Source of the DNA: Eledone cirrhosa
Taxonomy: Eukaryota
DNA: 64,000 nucleotides
Direction of reading: 5' to 3'
NCBI GenBank assembly: GCA_964016885.1
Contig: OZ024744.1
Coordinates: 100,130,001 to 100,194,000, forward strand
Within the stretch, counting starts at the first letter, position 1. Each line of letters opens with the position of its first letter. Of the stretch, positions 15,001 through 26,135 are shown one piece after another. The position numbers were made by a program, and so were the translations under genes. The notes beneath the pieces were generated by a model, which did no database searches, was not told the DNA's origin, and saw nothing but the letters and a program-made list of their open reading frames with translations.

Positions 15001-16447
15001 CAGGGTGGTGGGCATGGTTGGAGAGCTGTAAAGAAACAATGGAAGGTGGTAGTTGTAGCACTGTAAAACAGGGTGGTGGGCATGGTTGGAGAGCTGTAAA
15101 GAGACAATAGATGGTGGTAGTTGTAGCACTGTAAAACAAGGTGGTGGGCATCGTTGGAGAGCTGTAAAGAAACAGTAGATGGTGGGAGTTGTAGCACTGT
15201 AAAACAGGGTGGTGGGCATGGTTGGAGAGTTGTAAAGAGACAATAGATGGTGGTAGTTGTAGTACTGTAAAACAGGGTGGGCATGGTTGGAGAGCTGTAA
15301 AGAAACAATAGATGGTGTTAGTTGTAGCACTGTAAAACAGGGTGGTGGGCATGGTTGGAGAGCTGTAAAGAAACAATAGATGGTGGTAGTTGTAGCACTG
15401 TAAAACAGGGTGGTGGGCATGGTTGGAGAGCTGTAAAGAAACAATAGATGGTGGTAGTTGTAGCACTGTAAAAGAGGGTGGTGGGCATGGTTGGAGAGCT
15501 GTAAAGAAACAGTAGAAGGTGGGAGTTGTGGCACTGTAAAACAGGGTGGTGGACATGGTTGGAGAGCTGTAAAGAGACAATAGATGGTGGTAGTTGTAGC
15601 ACTGTAAAACAGGGTGGTGGGCATGGTTGGAGAGCTGTAAAGAGACAATAGAAGGTGGTAATTGTAACACTGTAAAACAGGGTGGTGGACATGGTTGGAG
15701 AGCTGTAAAGAAACAGTAGATGGTGGTAGTTGTAGCAGTGTAAAACAGGGTGGTGGGCATGGTTGGAGAGCTGTAAAGAAACAGTAGAAGGTGGTAGTTG
15801 TAGCACTGTAAAACAAGGTGGTGGGCATGGTTGGAGAGTTGTAAAGAAACAATAGAAGGTGGTAGTTGTAGCTGTGTAAAACAGGGTGGTGGGCATTGTT
15901 GGAGAGCTGTAAAGAGACAATAGAAGGTGGTAGTTGTAGCAGTGTAAAACAGGGTGGTGGGCATGGTTGGAGAGCTGTAAAGAGACAGTAGATGGTGGTA
16001 GTTGTAGCACTGTAAAACAGAGTGGTGGGCATGGTTGGAGAGCTGTAAAGAAACAATAGATGGTGGTAGTTGTAGCACTGTAAAACAGGGTGGTGGACAT
16101 GGTTGGAGAGCTGTAAAGAAACAATAGATGGTGGGAGTTGTAGTACTGTAAAACAGGGTGGTTGGCATGGTTGGAGAGCTGTGAAGAGACAATAGATGGT
16201 GGTAGTTGTAGCACTGTAAAACAGGGTGGTGGGCATGGTTGGAGAGCTGTAAAGAGACAGTAGAAGGTGGTAGTTGTAGCACTGTAAAACAGGGTGGTGG
16301 GCATGGTTGGAGAGCTGTAAAGAGACAATAGATGGTGGGAGTTGTAGCACTGTAAAACAGGGTGGTGGGCATGGTTGGAGAGCTGTAAAGAGACAATAGA
16401 TGGTGGTAGTTGTAGCACTGTAAAACAGGGTGGGCATGGTTGGAGAG
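1..16447. repeat. 68-bp tandem satellite, ~240 monomers, continuing beyond the left edge of the window
   Basis: Consensus TTGTAGCACTGTAAAACAGGGTGGTGGGCATGGTTGGAGAGCTGTAAAGAGACAATAGATGGTGGTAG recurs at positions 1, 69, 137 and onward. The period is 3n+2, so the same 68-aa repeat appears in all three minus frames. Confidence 0.98.
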
Positions 16448-16514
16448 CATAGAATGACAAAGATTGAAAGAAAGAGGAGATGGGTTTGGACAAACAACAT
16501 TTCTCAAAAATTGC

Positions 16515-17475
16515 ATGTGTGTGTGTACATGTGTGAGTGTACGTGTGTGTACGTGGGTGAGTGTATGTGTGTGAGTGTACGTGTGTGAGTGTACATGTGT
16601 CTGAGTAGTGTACATGTGTGTGTGAGTGTTTGTGTGTGAATGTACGTGTGTGAGTGTACGTGTGTGTGAGTAGTGTACATGTGTGTGTGAGTTTATTGTG
16701 TGAGTGTACGTGTGTGTGAGTGTACGTCTGTGTGTGTATGTGTGTGTGTCTATGTGTCTGTGTACATGTGTGAGTGTACGTGTGTATACATGTGTGAGTC
16801 TCTGTGTGAGTGTACATGTGTGAGTCTATGTGTGAGTGTACATATGTGAGTACATGTGTGAGTGTACATGTGTGAGTCTATGTGTGAGTGTACATATGTG
16901 AGTACATGTGTGAGTGTACATGTGTGAGTGTACATGTGTGAGTGTACATGTGTGTGTACATGTGTGTGTACATGTGTGAGTGTACATGTGTGTGTACATG
17001 TGTGAGTGCACATGTGACTGTACATGTGTGAGTGTACATGTGTGTGTACATGTGTGAGTGTACATGTGTGTGTACATGTGTGAGTGTACATGTGTGTGTA
17101 CATGTGTGAGTGTACATGTGTGAGTGTACATGTGTGTGTACATTGTACATGTGTGTGTACATGTGTGAGTGTACATGTGTGAGTGTACATGTGTGTGTAC
17201 ATTGTACATGTGTGAGTGTACATGTGTGTGTACATGTGTGAGTGTACATGTGTGTGTACATGTGTGAGTGTACATGTGTGAGTGTACATGTGTGTGTACA
17301 TGTGTGAGTGTACATGTGTGAGTGTACATGTGTGTGTGTACATGTGTGAGTGTACGTGTGTGTGTAATTATGTGTGTACATATGTAATTATGTGAGTCTA
17401 TGAGTGTGTCAGTGTGTGATTGTGTCAGTGTGTGTGTGCATGTTTATCAGTGTGTGTGTGTGTGTGTGTGTGTGT
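16515..17475. repeat. Compound (GT)-rich micro/minisatellite built on GTGTACATGTGTGA-type 12-14 bp units
   Basis: Direct inspection; the HTH/MYTH ORFs are translations of this repeat. Confidence 0.95.
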
Positions 17476-17516
17476 AATGGTTACCCATAATACCAGCTTC
17501 TCTTTTGCTTTATATA

Positions 17517-17551
17517 ACCCATGCTAGCGTTGACGAATGGCCGGAAAACAG

Positions 17552-17594
<43 letters not shown>
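17517..17594 (+). mobile_element. 3' tail remnant of an RTE LINE/SINE with a (GAT)n tail
   Basis: ACCCATGCTAGCGT...(GAT)n resembles the 3' end at 43351-43406. Confidence 0.6.
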
Positions 17595-17597
<3 letters not shown>

Positions 17598-17839
17598 AAA
17601 TACAACCTTTAATTGCACGAGTAGTAGCCCCCTCCCCCTCCCTTTTCTTTCACTCTTCTCCTCCCCCACCACACCACTATTTTCTGGGGGTGGATGTGGA
17701 AATGTAAGTTTAATTGATAGCACATTATTTCCCATTGAAATCATAGGAATGTTGCTGTATAAGTTTACTCTAATTTCACACACAGAGAGGTGATCTTACA
17801 ACACAGAGACCAAGTTTAAAATATGATACTTTTTGGTTT

Positions 17840-18039
17840 ATGAGGCTAGAAGTTCATAGGTGACTAAGAAAGGCGTGACGCTAGAGCTGTGAAATCTTGC
17901 ACGAAATGTAATAACTTCAACTCTTCTTATTAATAACTGTATTATTTCTTTCCAAATACTACTGTTGAAAAATAAACCTCATTTGGTTGGTCATTCTATG
18001 AGAGTATCTTGGTCAGCCTATGAACTTTTCAGCCAATCC

Positions 18040-18044
<5 letters not shown>
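17840..18044. mobile_element. Mariner-type MITE (uninterrupted copy)
   Basis: Homologous along its length to 19606-19999. TIR-like ends AAGTTCATAGG / CCTATGAACTTTTCAGC, TA flanks. Confidence 0.7.
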
Positions 18045-18068
<24 letters not shown>

Positions 18069-18070
<2 letters not shown>

Positions 18071-18406
18071 ATCATCATTTCATTTTACGTCCACTTTACC
18101 CTGCTTGCAAGGATGGGACGGGAACTGATTCTGGCTTGATTTCTACAGCTGGATGCCCTTCCTAACACCAACCTCATTTACAGTGAGTGCTGGGTGCTTT
18201 TTTTGCTGTGGCACCTCCATGACCACTTTGCAATGGAATGATATGAACCCCAGTCCCTATCATCTCATTTCTACAGCTGAGTAAACTGGAGCAGTGTGAA
18301 ATAAAGTGGCTTGCTCAAGGAAACAACACATCACCCGGTCTGAGAATTGAACTCACAACCTTTTGATTGCAAGGCCAATGCTCTAACCACTAAGCCATGT
18401 GCCTCC
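18069..18406 (-). mobile_element. tRNA-derived SINE family 2 (CORE-like middle, RTE-derived 3' end), full length
   Basis: Reverse complement of 24548-24946. A box TGGCTTAGTGG, B box GAGTTCAATTC, (GAT)n tail. Confidence 0.9.
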
Positions 18407-18419
18407 ATATATATATAAC

Positions 18420-18706
18420 TCAATGATATTAAATAAATGGAAACTATATTTATAAAACCATATTTATTCTATTATATATATTTCAAGAGTACCAAAACTT
18501 TGGTACGTTCTCATCAGATAAAATACAAAGTTTGTTTTATAAATATTGACATAACCAGGAATGAAGAACTTAACGGTTCAAGGTTTTCCTATCTAGAAAA
18601 AAACTTGAACCGTTAAGTTCTTCTTTCCTGGTTATGTCAATATTTATAAAACAAGCTTTGTATTTTATCTGATGAGAGCGTACCAAAGTTTTGGTACTCT
18701 TGAAAT

Positions 18707-18739
<33 letters not shown>

Positions 18740-18963
18740 GTTTAACGTCCATTTTCCATGCTAGCATGGGTTTGGACAAATATATATAATAGAAATATAT
18801 ATAATAGAATATATATAATAGAATAAATATGGTTTATAAATATAGTTTCCATTTATTTAATATCATTGAATATTATACTCCAGAAAATCTGTTGAGTGCT
18901 TTGAATCAGTTATAAACATTTATATTCATTGAATTACCAACAAATTGAATATCCCTTTTGCTT
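18420..18963 (+). mobile_element. Penelope-like terminus (family A) with fold-back palindrome and two hammerhead copies
   Basis: Arms are 18420-18582 and 18604-18869; the right arm is interrupted by an RTE tail at 18709-18777 with TSD AAATAT. Bulged hairpin at 18877-18900. (TA)n flanks. Confidence 0.8.
18465..18525 (-). ncRNA. Type I hammerhead ribozyme (minimal, palindromic stem III)
   Basis: Minus strand reads TATTTTAT CTGATGA GAACGTACC-AAAGTTTT-GGTACTCTT GAAA TATATA TA ATAGAATA; stems I-III pair. Confidence 0.8.
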
Positions 18964-18972
18964 ATATATATA

Positions 18973-19276
18973 TCATTTCATTTCATTTTACGTCCGCTTT
19001 TTCCCTGTTTGCAAGGGTGGGACAGGAACTGATTCTGGCTTGATTTCTACAGCTGGATGCCCTTCCTAACACCAGCCTCATTTACAGTGAGTGCTGGGTG
19101 CTTTTTTGCCGTGGCACCTCCATGACCACTTTGCAGTGGAATGATAGGGACCCCAGTCCTATCATCTCATTTCTACAGCTGAGTAAACTGGAGCAATGTG
19201 AAATAAAGTGTCTTGCTCAAGGAAACAACACATCACCCGGTCTGAGAAGGAAACAACACATCACCCGGTCTGAGAA
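18973..19276 (-). mobile_element. SINE family 2, 5'-truncated, with a 29-bp terminal duplication
   Basis: Matches 18069-18406; AGGAAACAACACATCACCCGGTCTGAGAA is repeated. Confidence 0.9.
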
Positions 19277-19279
19277 ATA

Positions 19280-19342
<63 letters not shown>

Positions 19343-19344
<2 letters not shown>

Positions 19345-19548
19345 AGTAGTAAGCCAACAGTTAGTTCACCATACCAAGAACAATTGTTTCACCTTATACG
19401 GATCTTACCAGCCCAAGCTGAAAAACCGCATAAGGTGAAACAATTGTTCGGTATGGTGAACTAACTGTTGTGTAACCACTTCTACCAAACTCGTCCCATG
19501 GACTGAGTGCTCTACCACTACGGATATTACCTTCCAGTGTTCTACCTT

Positions 19549-19549
<1 letters not shown>
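19343..19549 (+). mobile_element. Penelope-like terminus (family F): small fold-back with a degenerate hammerhead
   Basis: CCAAG CTGAAAA ACC-GCATAA-GGT GAAA CAATTG TT at 19413-19448. The other arm supplies the AAGA core end and the stem I partner CTTGG. Bulged hairpin at 19489-19511. Confidence 0.7.
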
Positions 19550-19579
<30 letters not shown>

Positions 19580-19605
19580 ATATATGTATGTACATACATA
19601 CATAT

Positions 19606-19999
19606 ATACAAGGGTAGACTGAAAAGTCCATAGGCTGAAGAAGTGATGCTAGAGCTGTGAAAGGTTGCAATCATTAATTTCATGGGTGGTGGATTGGCAG
19701 TATCGGTAGAGCGTCAGGCACCTTGCTTTGCAGCATTGAGTCATGGCCCTTTGCGTTCTGAGTTCAAATCCTGCCACGGTTAGCTTTGCCTTTCATCCTT
19801 ACTGGGTCGATGAAATAAAGTACCAGTAATGCACTGGAGTAATGCTGGCCTTGTGCCAAAAGTAGAAACAATTAATTTCAACTCTTCTTATTAATAACTG
19901 CATTGTTTCTTTTCCGGAACTATGTTGAAAAATAACCCTCATTTGGTGATTCCATGAGAGTATCTTGGTCAGCCTATGAACTTTTCAGCTGACTCTCAT
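19606..19999. mobile_element. Mariner-type MITE interrupted by a SINE
   Basis: TIRs of about 30 bp (TACAAGGGTAGACTGAAAAGTCCATAGGCTGA / TCAGCCTATGAACTTTTCAGCTGACTCTCATA). Confidence 0.75.
19683..19870 (+). mobile_element. tRNA-derived SINE family 1 (Meta/MESC-like core), full length
   Basis: A box TGGCAGTATCGG, B box GAGTTCAAATCC, core GCCTTTCATCCTTACTGGGTCGATGAAATAAAGTACCAG. 10-bp TSD ATTAATTTCA at 19673-19682 and 19871-19880. Confidence 0.92.
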
Positions 20000-20173
20000 A
20001 TGTTAACATTTGTAAATTTTGGGCTAGTCCATGTTAGAAGGATGTTTCTCACCAAAGAACACTAGGTATAAATGTAAGAAAAGAAAATTAGCCAGTGGTG
20101 GGGCAGGGGTAATAGAGAAAAGTACTTATGTATACTCAGATCCATTTCCAATTTGTTAGGGGGTGATGTAGAC

Positions 20174-21568
20174 TACAGGTTCTCAACCCATTTAGGCCAA
20201 ACGTCTCCTTTTGTCCCTCGAAATCACGAAACGCCGCCCCCCCCCCCCCCCCACACACACACACTCTATTTTTCCATTTTTCAATATACTACTGATTTTG
20301 ATATCCGTAGATTACTAAAAAATTGATTAATAATATTCCAAAGATACTATTGAAGGCAGCTGAGAGTGAGGCGAAGTGAGGCGCAGTGTTGCCTCACATC
20401 GAGGGTTTTCTTGTACAGTTCTGTGTTGCGTCCTCGTAGAAACTCAATAATAAAGTCGAACAGTTCAAAGAAGTGAGTAAGGCACTAGCCCTTTGAAAGC
20501 CACCTCACTTCATTATGAAGGAGCAACTTGACGAATTCTTCGTCATTATCTTGACACTGTTGCCGGAAAATTCGTTCATTGAGGGAATGCCGTTTGATAA
20601 AATTGATGACATCAAGGGCCACCTGCAAGGACTTGCTCAGCGGCTTGCTGAGTTTCTTCACAGCCAAGTGTTGTCGATGAATGAGACAATGAACAACAAA
20701 TACAGATAGATTTTCTTTCTTCAGAAGAGTGACGAAACCCTTATGTTGGCTAATCATTGCTCTAGTGTCGTCCGTAGCACATGATACAATGTGTGTTGTA
20801 TTTAGTCCTAGATGTATGTATTACCTGCCTGTGTGTTGTAGGTAGTCCTAGATGTATGTATTACCTTATTATGTATTGCATGTGGTCCCCGCTGTATGTA
20901 TTACCTCCTTGTGTGTTGTATGTGGTCCTAGATGTGTGTATTACCTCCTTATGTGTTGATTGTGGTCCTAGATGTATGTATTACCTGATTATGTGTTGTA
21001 TGTGGTCCTAGATGTGTGTATTACCTACTTATGTGTTGTATGTGGTCCTAGATGCGTATATTACCTGCTTATGTGTTGTATGTGGTCCTAGATGTGTGTG
21101 CTACCCGCTTCTGTGTTTGTTTTTCTTTTTTATTTGTAATATTATTTATACAATAGGGAATAAAATAGATCTACATAGTGTTAACTCGTTACAGTTGAGT
21201 CAATAATTTCAGACATGAAATACATTGTTATCGGTGAAGGAAAAATATGATTCTAACTGGTTACACTCGAAGTGTCCTTGACCCAGTTGACTGTGGGCTT
21301 TTCCATTGTTAGGATCTCAATTGCTGGTTAATGTCTAGACACGCCTGTACAGCTGCTCACAGCTGCGGTCAGACCATAGTTATGCTGTCTGCAAGCTCAT
21401 TCAAATGCATTCACACTGGCTGTCTCAAAGACATACAAATATGGCTTATAAAACTTACCAAAGTAAAGAGCCTTCCAAAGCTCCAAACGCCTTCCTAACG
21501 CCCCAAACGCCCCCTGGAGTTCTGAAACGCCCCCCGGGGGTGCATATGCCCCCCGTTGAGAACCTTTG
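20174..21568 (-). mobile_element. Deleted hAT (Buster/Charlie-type) transposon
   Basis: TIRs TACAGGTTCTCAAC / GTTGAGAACCTTTG and 8-bp TSD (A/G)TGTAGAC. Transposase fragment HCLIHRQHL...EVRWLSKG at about 20400-20780. Confidence 0.88.
20788..21100. repeat. 40-bp minisatellite (~8 copies) inside the hAT
   Basis: Unit ATGTGTTGTATGTGGTCCTAGATGTATGTATTACCTGCTT. Confidence 0.9.
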
Positions 21569-21604
21569 GTGTAGACTGTTGTAGAGATTCCAAAGGAAGT
21601 TTAA

Positions 21605-21982
21605 CCCCTTTTAGCATTTAAACCAGCCATATCCGGCCAGAATTCTCTCACCTATTTCTGTTCAAACCAGCTATAATCGGCCACTCATACCGACACTAAG
21701 GTATTGTTCTCAAAAGATGAAAGGCAAAGTTAACCTCGGACAGATTTGAACTCAGACCGTAAAGGGACGTAACTCTATGCTGCAAAGCATGGTGTCAAAC
21801 CCTCTACAGATACTGCCAATCCACCACCCTTTTAAGAAAAATAGAAACAATTAAGATATTATTCTCGAAATAAATAACATTAAAATCTCATAGATTCGAT
21901 ATTATGTGAGATAATTAAGTGAGATAAAACCTTTACCACGAAAATATAATAGTATATATAGAGTAATGTGAATGGTAAAGGG
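21605..21982. mobile_element. piggyBac-like MITE containing a SINE family 1 5' half (21714-21828, minus strand)
   Basis: TTAA|CCCCTTTTAGCATT ... AATGGTAAAGGG|TTAA, i.e. TTAA flanks with CCC/GGG termini. Confidence 0.6.
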
Positions 21983-22087
21983 TTAACCTTTATCAATCTT
22001 TTGAGTTTAATAACTCAAAAGTTTGCAGAAAGTTGCCGGGATAGGAAGAAGAATCTAAATAAGGAATTAACCTTAAAGATCAACAAA

Positions 22088-22271
22088 TAATTGTTTCTAC
22101 TTTAGGCACAAGGCCATCAATTACACAGTACATTACTGGTACTTTATTTTATCGACCCCGTAAGGATGAAAGGCAAAGTTAAACCTCGGCGGGATTTGAA
22201 CTCAGACCGTAAAGGGACGTAACTATGCTGGAAAGCATGGTGTCCGACCCTCTACCAATACTGCCAATCCA
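22088..22271 (-). mobile_element. SINE family 1
   Basis: Reverse complement of the family 1 consensus. Confidence 0.9.
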
Positions 22272-22384
22272 ATTGGAGTTCAATTATATTGCTACATTAC
22301 CATCATCATTATCATCACTATCACCATCACCATCACCATCCTCAATACCACTCTACCACAAGGGAGCATATTATATTTGTGGCC

Positions 22385-22543
22385 TAGAGTTACGGCCCTT
22401 TATGGTCTGAGTTCAAATCCCATCGAAGTTAAACTTTGCCTTTCGTCCTTACGGGGGGGGGGGGGGGGGGGGGGTCGATAAAATAAAGTACCAGTAATGT
22501 ACTGGGATAATTGCTGGCCTTGTGCCAAAAGTAGAAACAATTA
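22385..22543 (+). mobile_element. SINE family 1, 5'-truncated, with an expanded poly-G
   Basis: B box, core and 3' end AGTAGAAACAATTA are present. Confidence 0.88.
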
Positions 22544-22832
22544 TATATTAAACAAAGAAGTATATATATCATGGGTAAAGATACCTACAGGAGTGTCCAT
22601 CTTATATTGAGTTTGTTAATTTTATTAACTCTTTCATAGAACCAGAGTGAAAATGTAATGTTCTACCATACTATTTCATTCTAATACCATTTTTAAATTT
22701 TAAAGGATTGTAAATAAAACGAGTAAATCAGACAAAGTTGGTATTCCTTTTATTAATATAATCTTCTATACACAATCATACACACCCGTGTATATTTATC
22801 TATATTTATATATCTATAATTATATATATATT

Positions 22833-22891
22833 GTCCCACCCTTGCAAACAGGGAAAAAGCGGACGTAAAATGAAATGATGATGATGATGAT
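22833..22891 (+). mobile_element. 3' tail only of RTE LINE/SINE family 2
   Basis: GTCCCACCCTTGCAAACAGGGAAAAAGCGGACGTAAAA followed by (GAT)n. Confidence 0.8.
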
Positions 22892-22929
22892 ATATATAAT
22901 ATATATAATTATATATATATAATTATATA

Positions 22930-23101
22930 TAGGAACGAGTAGGACCCCGACAGCTGAGCTCTGGACTGAATTAACCGTCGAAACGGCTTGAGCTCAGCCG
23001 TCGGGGTCCTACTCGTTCCTATTACCCACTCTACTACCCTAAGTATTGAGTACTTTGGTGCGTTATGGTCCACCTGGTTCCTTACCACATTTCCTTCGTT
23101 A
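22930..23101 (+). mobile_element. Penelope-like terminus (family D): fold-back with the 3' half of a hammerhead
   Basis: GAAA CGGCT-TGAGCTC-AGCCG TC gives stem III plus a GUC site. Bulged hairpin at 23028-23054. Relatives at 32420, 40958, 61514 and 63168. Confidence 0.7.
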
Positions 23102-23174
<73 letters not shown>

Positions 23175-23175
<1 letters not shown>

Positions 23176-24008
23176 GTAGCGAAATCTGTCCGTGCCTTGA
23201 ACTTTGGGTGATACCTAAAGGTTAAATTCTAGGTCAACACCCTTTTGGTGTAGACAGGTTGATGCGTTGGCTATCCCCTCAAGGTGGGGAGACAGGAAAC
23301 GATATATATAAACCTTATATTTTCCCACTTTACACACAGAGACATCGGAGCGATAGGATACACAACTAACTATGTAAAGATTCACCGCTAACTTCAGACC
23401 CCAGAGGTCTACAGAAACACAGAGACATCGGACCACCACGACATACAACAAACTATGTAAGGATTCACCACTATCAACAGACCCCATGAGGCCTACAGAT
23501 ACACACAGAGATTGGAGCCCTACTACTACAGACCACGTACAAGCCAGAGTGGTCTACAACTAATTACAGACCATTCAGAGATATACAAACTATATCTCGC
23601 TCTCTCTCTCTTACTAACTACGGTCTCACAACTACTACCACGGACTCCAAATTCCAACAACAACAACATTTAATGCCGCCTGCTGTTTTCACACCAACAA
23701 CAACAACAACAGACTACAACAGCCTCACATCAGCAGCAATAACAACATTAACAACTCTTGGTAACCTGTTTTATATGTACTTTTTAATTGATTCACGTGA
23801 AGTAAACTATATATAACCAAATCATTTATTCTTTATATTCTCGTTATTACATTTAAATAAATAAAGAAAGAAATCGTTATTACATTTACACCTATTTTTA
23901 TTATTCATATTATTTCCTCTAACAATTTTGTTATTTAACAATCTTGTTATTATCACATATCTAAATAACCACATATATCTATCTAACTATTCATTTTTAA
24001 CCTTCCGT

Positions 24009-24012
<4 letters not shown>
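23175..24012. mobile_element. Probable solo LTR inserted in (TA)n
   Basis: Starts TGTAGCGAA and ends TTCCGTTAAA, an imperfect TG...CA inverted terminus. Internal TATA-like and AATAAA motifs; about 840 bp. Confidence 0.5.
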
Positions 24013-24058
<46 letters not shown>

Positions 24059-24061
24059 TAA

Positions 24062-24227
24062 CAATAATAAATTTGAAGACTAAAATCCAAAGAGGGCTCG
24101 ATAAGGATAAATATATATCAAATATATAAGAACCGTAGAGCAAATATTTATTAAAATAACAGATTAAAGTTTAAGCAAAGAATCGTTGCTTTCACCCTTA
24201 ACGGGATCTTCTGATTTTAATAAATAT
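24062..24227 (-). mobile_element. Penelope-like terminus (family E) with a truncated hammerhead
   Basis: Minus strand reads cAGAAGA T-CCC-GTTAA-GGG-T GAAA GCAA-CGATTCT-TTGC TT at 24173-24213. GCTC...TC-GAGC hairpin at 24093-24141. Confidence 0.6.
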
Positions 24228-24303
24228 ATATATAATAAATATATATATAATATATATATATATAATATATATATATATAATATATATATATATAATATAT
24301 ATA

Positions 24304-24450
24304 ATTCAACTCCGTTCCTGGACCACCAACATGATTCAATATGAAAGATGGATGCGTTGCATGACGTTGAGTGCTTTCATAATATTACATTACGACTTAC
24401 TTCGAGGAAAGACAAATTCTACCCAATGGTGAACCACCAAATTTAAGCAT
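24304..24450 (+). mobile_element. Isolated Penelope-like 3' terminus (hairpin only)
   Basis: ACTC-CGT...ACG-TT-GAGTGCT at 24309-24375, between (TA)n tracts. Confidence 0.45.
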
Positions 24451-24547
24451 GTATATATATATATATTAGTAATTTAAAAATGTTTCTTTATTATATAGTT
24501 ACATTATTACTTTAGCATCTTCAAATATATTTTTGGTATAGTATCTG

Positions 24548-24946
24548 GAGGCACATGGCTTAGTGGTTAGAGCATTGGTCTTGCAATCGAAAGGTTGTGA
24601 GTTCAATTCTCAGACCGGGTGATGTGTTGTTTCCTTGAGCAAGACACTTTATTTCACATTGCTCCAGTTTACTCAGCTGTAGAAATGAGATGATAGGGAC
24701 TGGGGTCCCTATCATTCCACTGCAAAGTGGTCGTGGAGGTGCCACGGGAAAAAAAGCACCCAGCCTACACTGTAAAGTGGACGTGTAGGCGCCACGGCAA
24801 AAAAAGCACCCAGCACTCACTGTAAATGAGGTTGGTGTTAGGAAGGGCATCCAGCTGTAGAAATTAAGCCAGAATCAGTTCCCGTGACCACCCTTGCAAG
24901 CAGGGAAAAAGCGGACGTAAAATGATGATGATGGTGATGATGATGA
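24548..24946 (+). mobile_element. SINE family 2, full length, with an internal duplication
   Basis: tRNA-like head, CCTTGAGCAAGACACTT CORE-like motif, GGTGTTAGGAAGGGCATCCAGC, and a 3' end near-identical to the LINE end at 59022-59067. Confidence 0.92.
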
Positions 24947-25030
24947 TATCTAATTTAATCTAACATAAGATATAACTATATAGACTAACAGTCAACATTT
25001 GTTTTTGTTTTTGTTTTGATTTTCTTTTAC

Positions 25031-25200
25031 CAATCCGATAAGTTCAAAAATGTCAATGCCAACTGTAATATTTGTCCCACTCATATAATATGTTCTGTGT
25101 CAAGGGTTTCTCTATCTCATATGCTTGCTGACGACAGATCTGAACAGTTCGTTTGACCGCCTGCATATCAATTGATATCTACATCTCCTGTGGATTTTAT
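25031..25200 (-). other. Candidate exon of an unidentified spliced transcript
   Basis: Unique-sequence island bounded by TGTTCTCTTCAG| and |GTAAAA. In frame with the 28594-28676 candidate (YKIHRRCRYQLICRRSNELFRSVVSKHMR*). Confidence 0.25.
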
Positions 25201-25307
25201 CTGAAGAGAACATGTTTTAGCCTATGTTATACATTAGCCTTGCATCTTCAAAATACGTAAAATAAAATAAATTGGGATTGTCTAAAGTAACTAACTGTCT
25301 TTTGTTT

Positions 25308-25500
25308 GGGCGGTGAATTGGCAGTATCAGTAGAGGGTCGGACACCATGCTTTCCAGCATAGAGTTACGGCCCTTTATGGTCTGAGTTCAAATCCCGCCA
25401 AAGTTAACTTTGCCTTTCATCCTTACGGGGGTCGATAAAATAAAGTACCAGTAATGCACTGGGATAATTGCTGGCTTTGTGCCAATAGTAGAAACAATTA
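25308..25500 (+). mobile_element. SINE family 1, full length
   Basis: A and B boxes, core and 3' end are present. Confidence 0.92.
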
Positions 25501-25522
25501 TTATATATATATATATATATAT

Positions 25523-26066
25523 GTAGATAAATCTACCAAGAGTTTACGGTAGTGTCCAATCCGTATGAAGAACTCAATGTATTCCGGATATCATGGAAAG
25601 AAGAGATGTAATGAAAAACCACTTTCGGTGAAAGATAAACGGTATACAGAGTACAAGATAAAATATTAAACAAATAATGAATAAACAATTTCTTATATTA
25701 AACAAAAAAAGTTCATTATTTAACGATCGTTTCTAGGATATATATGTGTTAGAATTGGTATGCATATTCAACAGATCTATGTACAAAATTATACAAAATT
25801 ATACAAATTATCAAGATTAAATATACATACCAAACACATATATACGCCGTCTTCAGAAATAATATTTCTGAAGACGGCGTATATATGTGTTTGGTATGTA
25901 TATTTAATCTTGATAATTTGTATAATTTTGTATAATTTTGTACATAGATCTGTTGAATATGCATACCAATTCTAACACATATATATCCTAGAAACGATCG
26001 TTAAATAATGAACTTTTTTTGTTTAATATAAGAAATTGTTTATTCATTATTTGTTTAATATTTTAT
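25523..26066 (-). mobile_element. Penelope-like terminus (family C) with a perfect 203-bp-arm palindrome
   Basis: Arms are 25658-25860 and 25864-26066 with no mismatch seen. Bulged hairpin on the minus strand at 25569-25652. Confidence 0.8.
25863..26007 (+). ncRNA. Type I hammerhead with a very long (116-nt) stem II; mirror copy on the minus strand at 25717-25861
   Basis: TATTT CTGAAGA [long hairpin] GAAA CGATCG TT AAATA. Confidence 0.65.
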
Positions 26067-26135
26067 ATATATATATATATAATTGTTTTATATTGCCTCG
26101 TCTGACGAACGAATGAAAACGTTTCTTTCGTATTC

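Noticed and set aside
1-16447. CRISPR-like array
   Set aside because: Contiguous tandem units with no unique spacers, no cas genes, and a eukaryotic context.
356-16817. Giant minus-strand ORFs of up to 2956 aa
   Set aside because: All three frames give the same repeat because the 68-bp unit lacks stops. Indels and stops are tolerated and no domain is recognisable.
24548-24620. tRNA gene calls at SINE heads
   Set aside because: A and B boxes continue into SINE bodies with TSDs, and no proper acceptor stem is formed.
25194-25268. Degenerate hammerhead-like string TTTTAT CTGAAGA ... AAAA TACGTA AA ATAAAA
   Set aside because: Both GAAA and the UH site are non-consensus, stem II is poor, and the same bases serve as a candidate splice acceptor; not callable.
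25749-25975. Mirror-image 71-aa ORFs on both strands
   Set aside because: A by-product of the perfect palindrome.
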